This document shows, piece after piece, positions 62,357 through 64,000 of a stretch of DNA of 64,000 bases. The DNA lies in sequence record OQ031493.1. One strand, written 5' to 3'. A model generated the notes under the pieces. That model ran no database searches. It saw only the letters and a program-made list of their open reading frames with translations, and was not told where the DNA came from. Both the position numbers and the translations under genes were made by a program. Within the stretch, counting starts at the first letter, position 1; each line of letters opens with the position of its first letter.

Positions 62357-62398
62357 TTGGATTAACCTATTTTTAAATTAGAAGATCATGATCATTAC

Positions 62399-62433
62399 TG
62401 TAATATAGATCTTAAACTTTTTTTAATGTAATA
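62399..62433 (-). promoter_or_regulatory. phiKZ-type early promoter
   Basis: Minus strand TATTACATTAAAAAAAGTTTAAGATCTATATTACAG; near-identical to 10691-10726. Confidence 0.8.
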
Positions 62434-62434
62434 C

Positions 62435-62470
62435 AACATAAAGCCCTCCCCGAAGGGAGGGCCTATGTCT
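62435..62470 (-). terminator. GCCCTCCC-family hairpin closing the capsid transcript
   Basis: AACATAAAGCCCTCCC-CGAA-GGGAGGGCCTATGTC; begins 4 nt after the TAG at 62475. Confidence 0.8.
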
Positions 62471-62474
62471 GTTA

Positions 62475-62552
62475 CTATTCTAACTTCCGGGCATTACCGT
62501 CTTCCAAATAACGGATAGTCCCATTTTCTAGATAACGGTAACCCTTTCCAGC
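62475..62552 (-). CDS. Putative readthrough extension of the major capsid protein (25 aa)
   Basis: In frame after TGA: AGKGYRYLENGTIRYLEDGNARKLE-TAG; same repeat as the gp143 C-terminus. Confidence 0.6.
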   Translation of the reverse strand, partial: AGKGYRYLENGTIRYLEDGNARKLE

Positions 62553-64000
62553 TCACGGCTTAAGATCAGCAAGCTTACCGTTGAACTGAGTTTCACCCAT
62601 GACTTTCTGGAAGCCAGTGATCTTGAACTCTAGCGCGAACGGAATGTTGTTGACGTGTAGGTTGAACGGAATGGCCGCGATTTCGCGAGTAACCTGGTGA
62701 CCACCACGAGTGATCGGTAGGTCAGCGATAACAGTAGATACGTAGAAGAACTGACCCCAGGAGAGGATGTCGTTTTCTTGTTGTACTGCGCGGGTCGGAA
62801 TTACAACTAGCTTACCATCAAATAGCTGGTTGTTGGTGGAAACGATATCGTACTTGAGATAAGCACCTAGAGTACGGTCGTCACCTTTAGTCATTAGATA
62901 GTTAGCAATCTCTTTGTCGGAGCAGAAGAGATACATCGGAGTTTCATCCTGGTTACCGGAGATAACACGGAAGGCAGCTTCAATGTTGGAATCACGGTGA
63001 GCCGGGAATAGCTCAGCTTTAACACAGTTTAGGATCGCAGCGCAAACGTCGTCCCAACGATCTTTAGACTTGATGGTGTCGATGACTTTCTCAAGATCTA
63101 GTTCTTTGTAACGATAGGTCGGACGCATTACAGCGGATAGTGCACCTTCGATGATACCAAACTTCGGACGGTTGTAACCATTGTGTACAACTTCACGTAG
63201 TTGAGCAAGGTAGTTAAGCATGCGCTTAACAGCGTTGTTGCTGTTACGGATGTTGGTGTTAACAGTTAGAGCTTTAACAACCTCACCCGGACCTTCATCG
63301 GTCATGGTGTCCATCGGTAGAGTTACAGGAGCGTGCATCGGGATCGGATGACGGAACTGTAGCGCACGGGTCTGTAGTAGGTGACCACGCTGACGACGGT
63401 TAGTGTTGGTGAAGCGAGTGTCTAGTTCGAAACCGATAACCGCTAGGTCAGTTAGCTGATCTAGAATAGCTTTAACAGCCGGGTCAGCATTATCCATTAC
63501 CTGACCATCTTCGTTTAGAACTTTATCGACGTAAGTGTCGGTAGCACCAAACTTAGAATCGCCTTTGGATAGGCTGATTGTACCACCAAAACCAACGCTT
63601 AGACGTAGGCTTAGTTTAGCAGTCTTAAGGTCGTTAATAACGCCATCAGCTGAACCGTCGATGAAAGTGGTATCGCCACTAACAACAAGGTCATCGCTAT
63701 CGAAACGGATAACTGCGTTCCGGGTATCACCAACTAGATCGGGCTGGAACACAGCGCGAGGTAGACGGTCAACCTTGAACTTAACAACTTTACCGCCGAG
63801 TAGAACGAATAGGTTCTTTAGACGACCAGCCGGATCAATGGTGTCAGAAACTTCAAGCATGCCACGCTGAATGAGTAGGTTAGCATTGGAGTTACCCATT
63901 AGATCAAGACGTACGTTCGCTTTTAGCGGAGCAGTAGTGATAGTTAGGTTCTGCTCGTTCTTGATGGTGTACGGAGGAACAAGAGCCGGGTCTACGAAGA
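62553..64000 (-). CDS. gp120: Major capsid protein (3' part; frame open to the window end)
   Basis: Strong high-expression codon bias (AAC, TTC, ATC, CTA); position upstream of gp121-123; the track's Met at 63899 is internal. Confidence 0.88.
   Translation of the reverse strand, partial: FVDPALVPPYTIKNEQNLTITTAPLKANVRLDLMGNSNANLLIQRGMLEVSDTIDPAGRLKNLFVLLGGKVVKFKVDRLPRAVFQPDLVGDTRNAVIRFDSDDLVVSGDTTFIDGSADGVINDLKTAKLSLRLSVGFGGTISLSKGDSKFGATDTYVDKVLNEDGQVMDNADPAVKAILDQLTDLAVIGFELDTRFTNTNRRQRGHLLQTRALQFRHPIPMHAPVTLPMDTMTDEGPGEVVKALTVNTNIRNSNNAVKRMLNYLAQLREVVHNGYNRPKFGIIEGALSAVMRPTYRYKELDLEKVIDTIKSKDRWDDVCAAILNCVKAELFPAHRDSNIEAAFRVISGNQDETPMYLFCSDKEIANYLMTKGDDRTLGAYLKYDIVSTNNQLFDGKLVVIPTRAVQQENDILSWGQFFYVSTVIADLPITRGGHQVTREIAAIPFNLHVNNIPFALEFKITGFQKVMGETQFNGKLADLKP

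Noticed and set aside
62477-62523. Independent mini-ORF MGLSVIWKTVMPGS in another frame after the capsid stop
   Set aside because: No RBS, and the capsid frame carries the motif conserved with gp143
62553-62555. Selenocysteine insertion at the capsid UGA (SECIS-like hairpin)
   Set aside because: The hairpin does not resemble the bacterial SECIS I know and there is no redox context. Near-cognate readthrough is simpler; MS would identify the residue.
63535-63870. 111-aa plus-strand ORF
   Set aside because: Antisense shadow of the codon-biased capsid gene

Overview
The window is 64 kb of a phiKZ-like Pseudomonas jumbo phage genome, either phiKZ itself or a very close relative. The endolysin, non-virion RNAP subunit and head protease match my recollection of phiKZ gp144, gp123 and gp175. 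It runs from the 3' end of the virion RNAP beta-like gene (gp178) down to the 3' part of the major capsid gene (gp120). In between are the head protease, SbcC, spike/PAAR, inner-body proteins, RNase H, UvsX, the second vRNAP beta fragment, collagen-like fibres, the endolysin, a spanin pair, RuvC, two 2OG-Fe(II)-type oxygenases, five paralogous fibre genes, portal and baseplate genes. gp numbers come from memory and gene order, not from a database search. Main new observation: the major capsid gene ends in TGA, but the frame stays open for 25 more codons (AGKGYRYLENGTIRYLEDGNARKLE-TAG). This extension encodes the same triple R-x-L-E-[ND]-G repeat that ends virion protein gp143. It also folds into a hairpin 8 nt after the UGA and ends exactly at the terminator. 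Together these suggest programmed stop-codon readthrough that gives a tagged minor capsid isoform. Other observations: a family of about 18 palindromic hairpins with CATA...TATG flanks, a candidate lysis cassette, a second spanin-like pair, a possible fibre-modifying oxygenase module, a possible RNA switch upstream of the endolysin, and an ORF missed by the track. I saw no tRNA, rRNA, CRISPR array or IS element.
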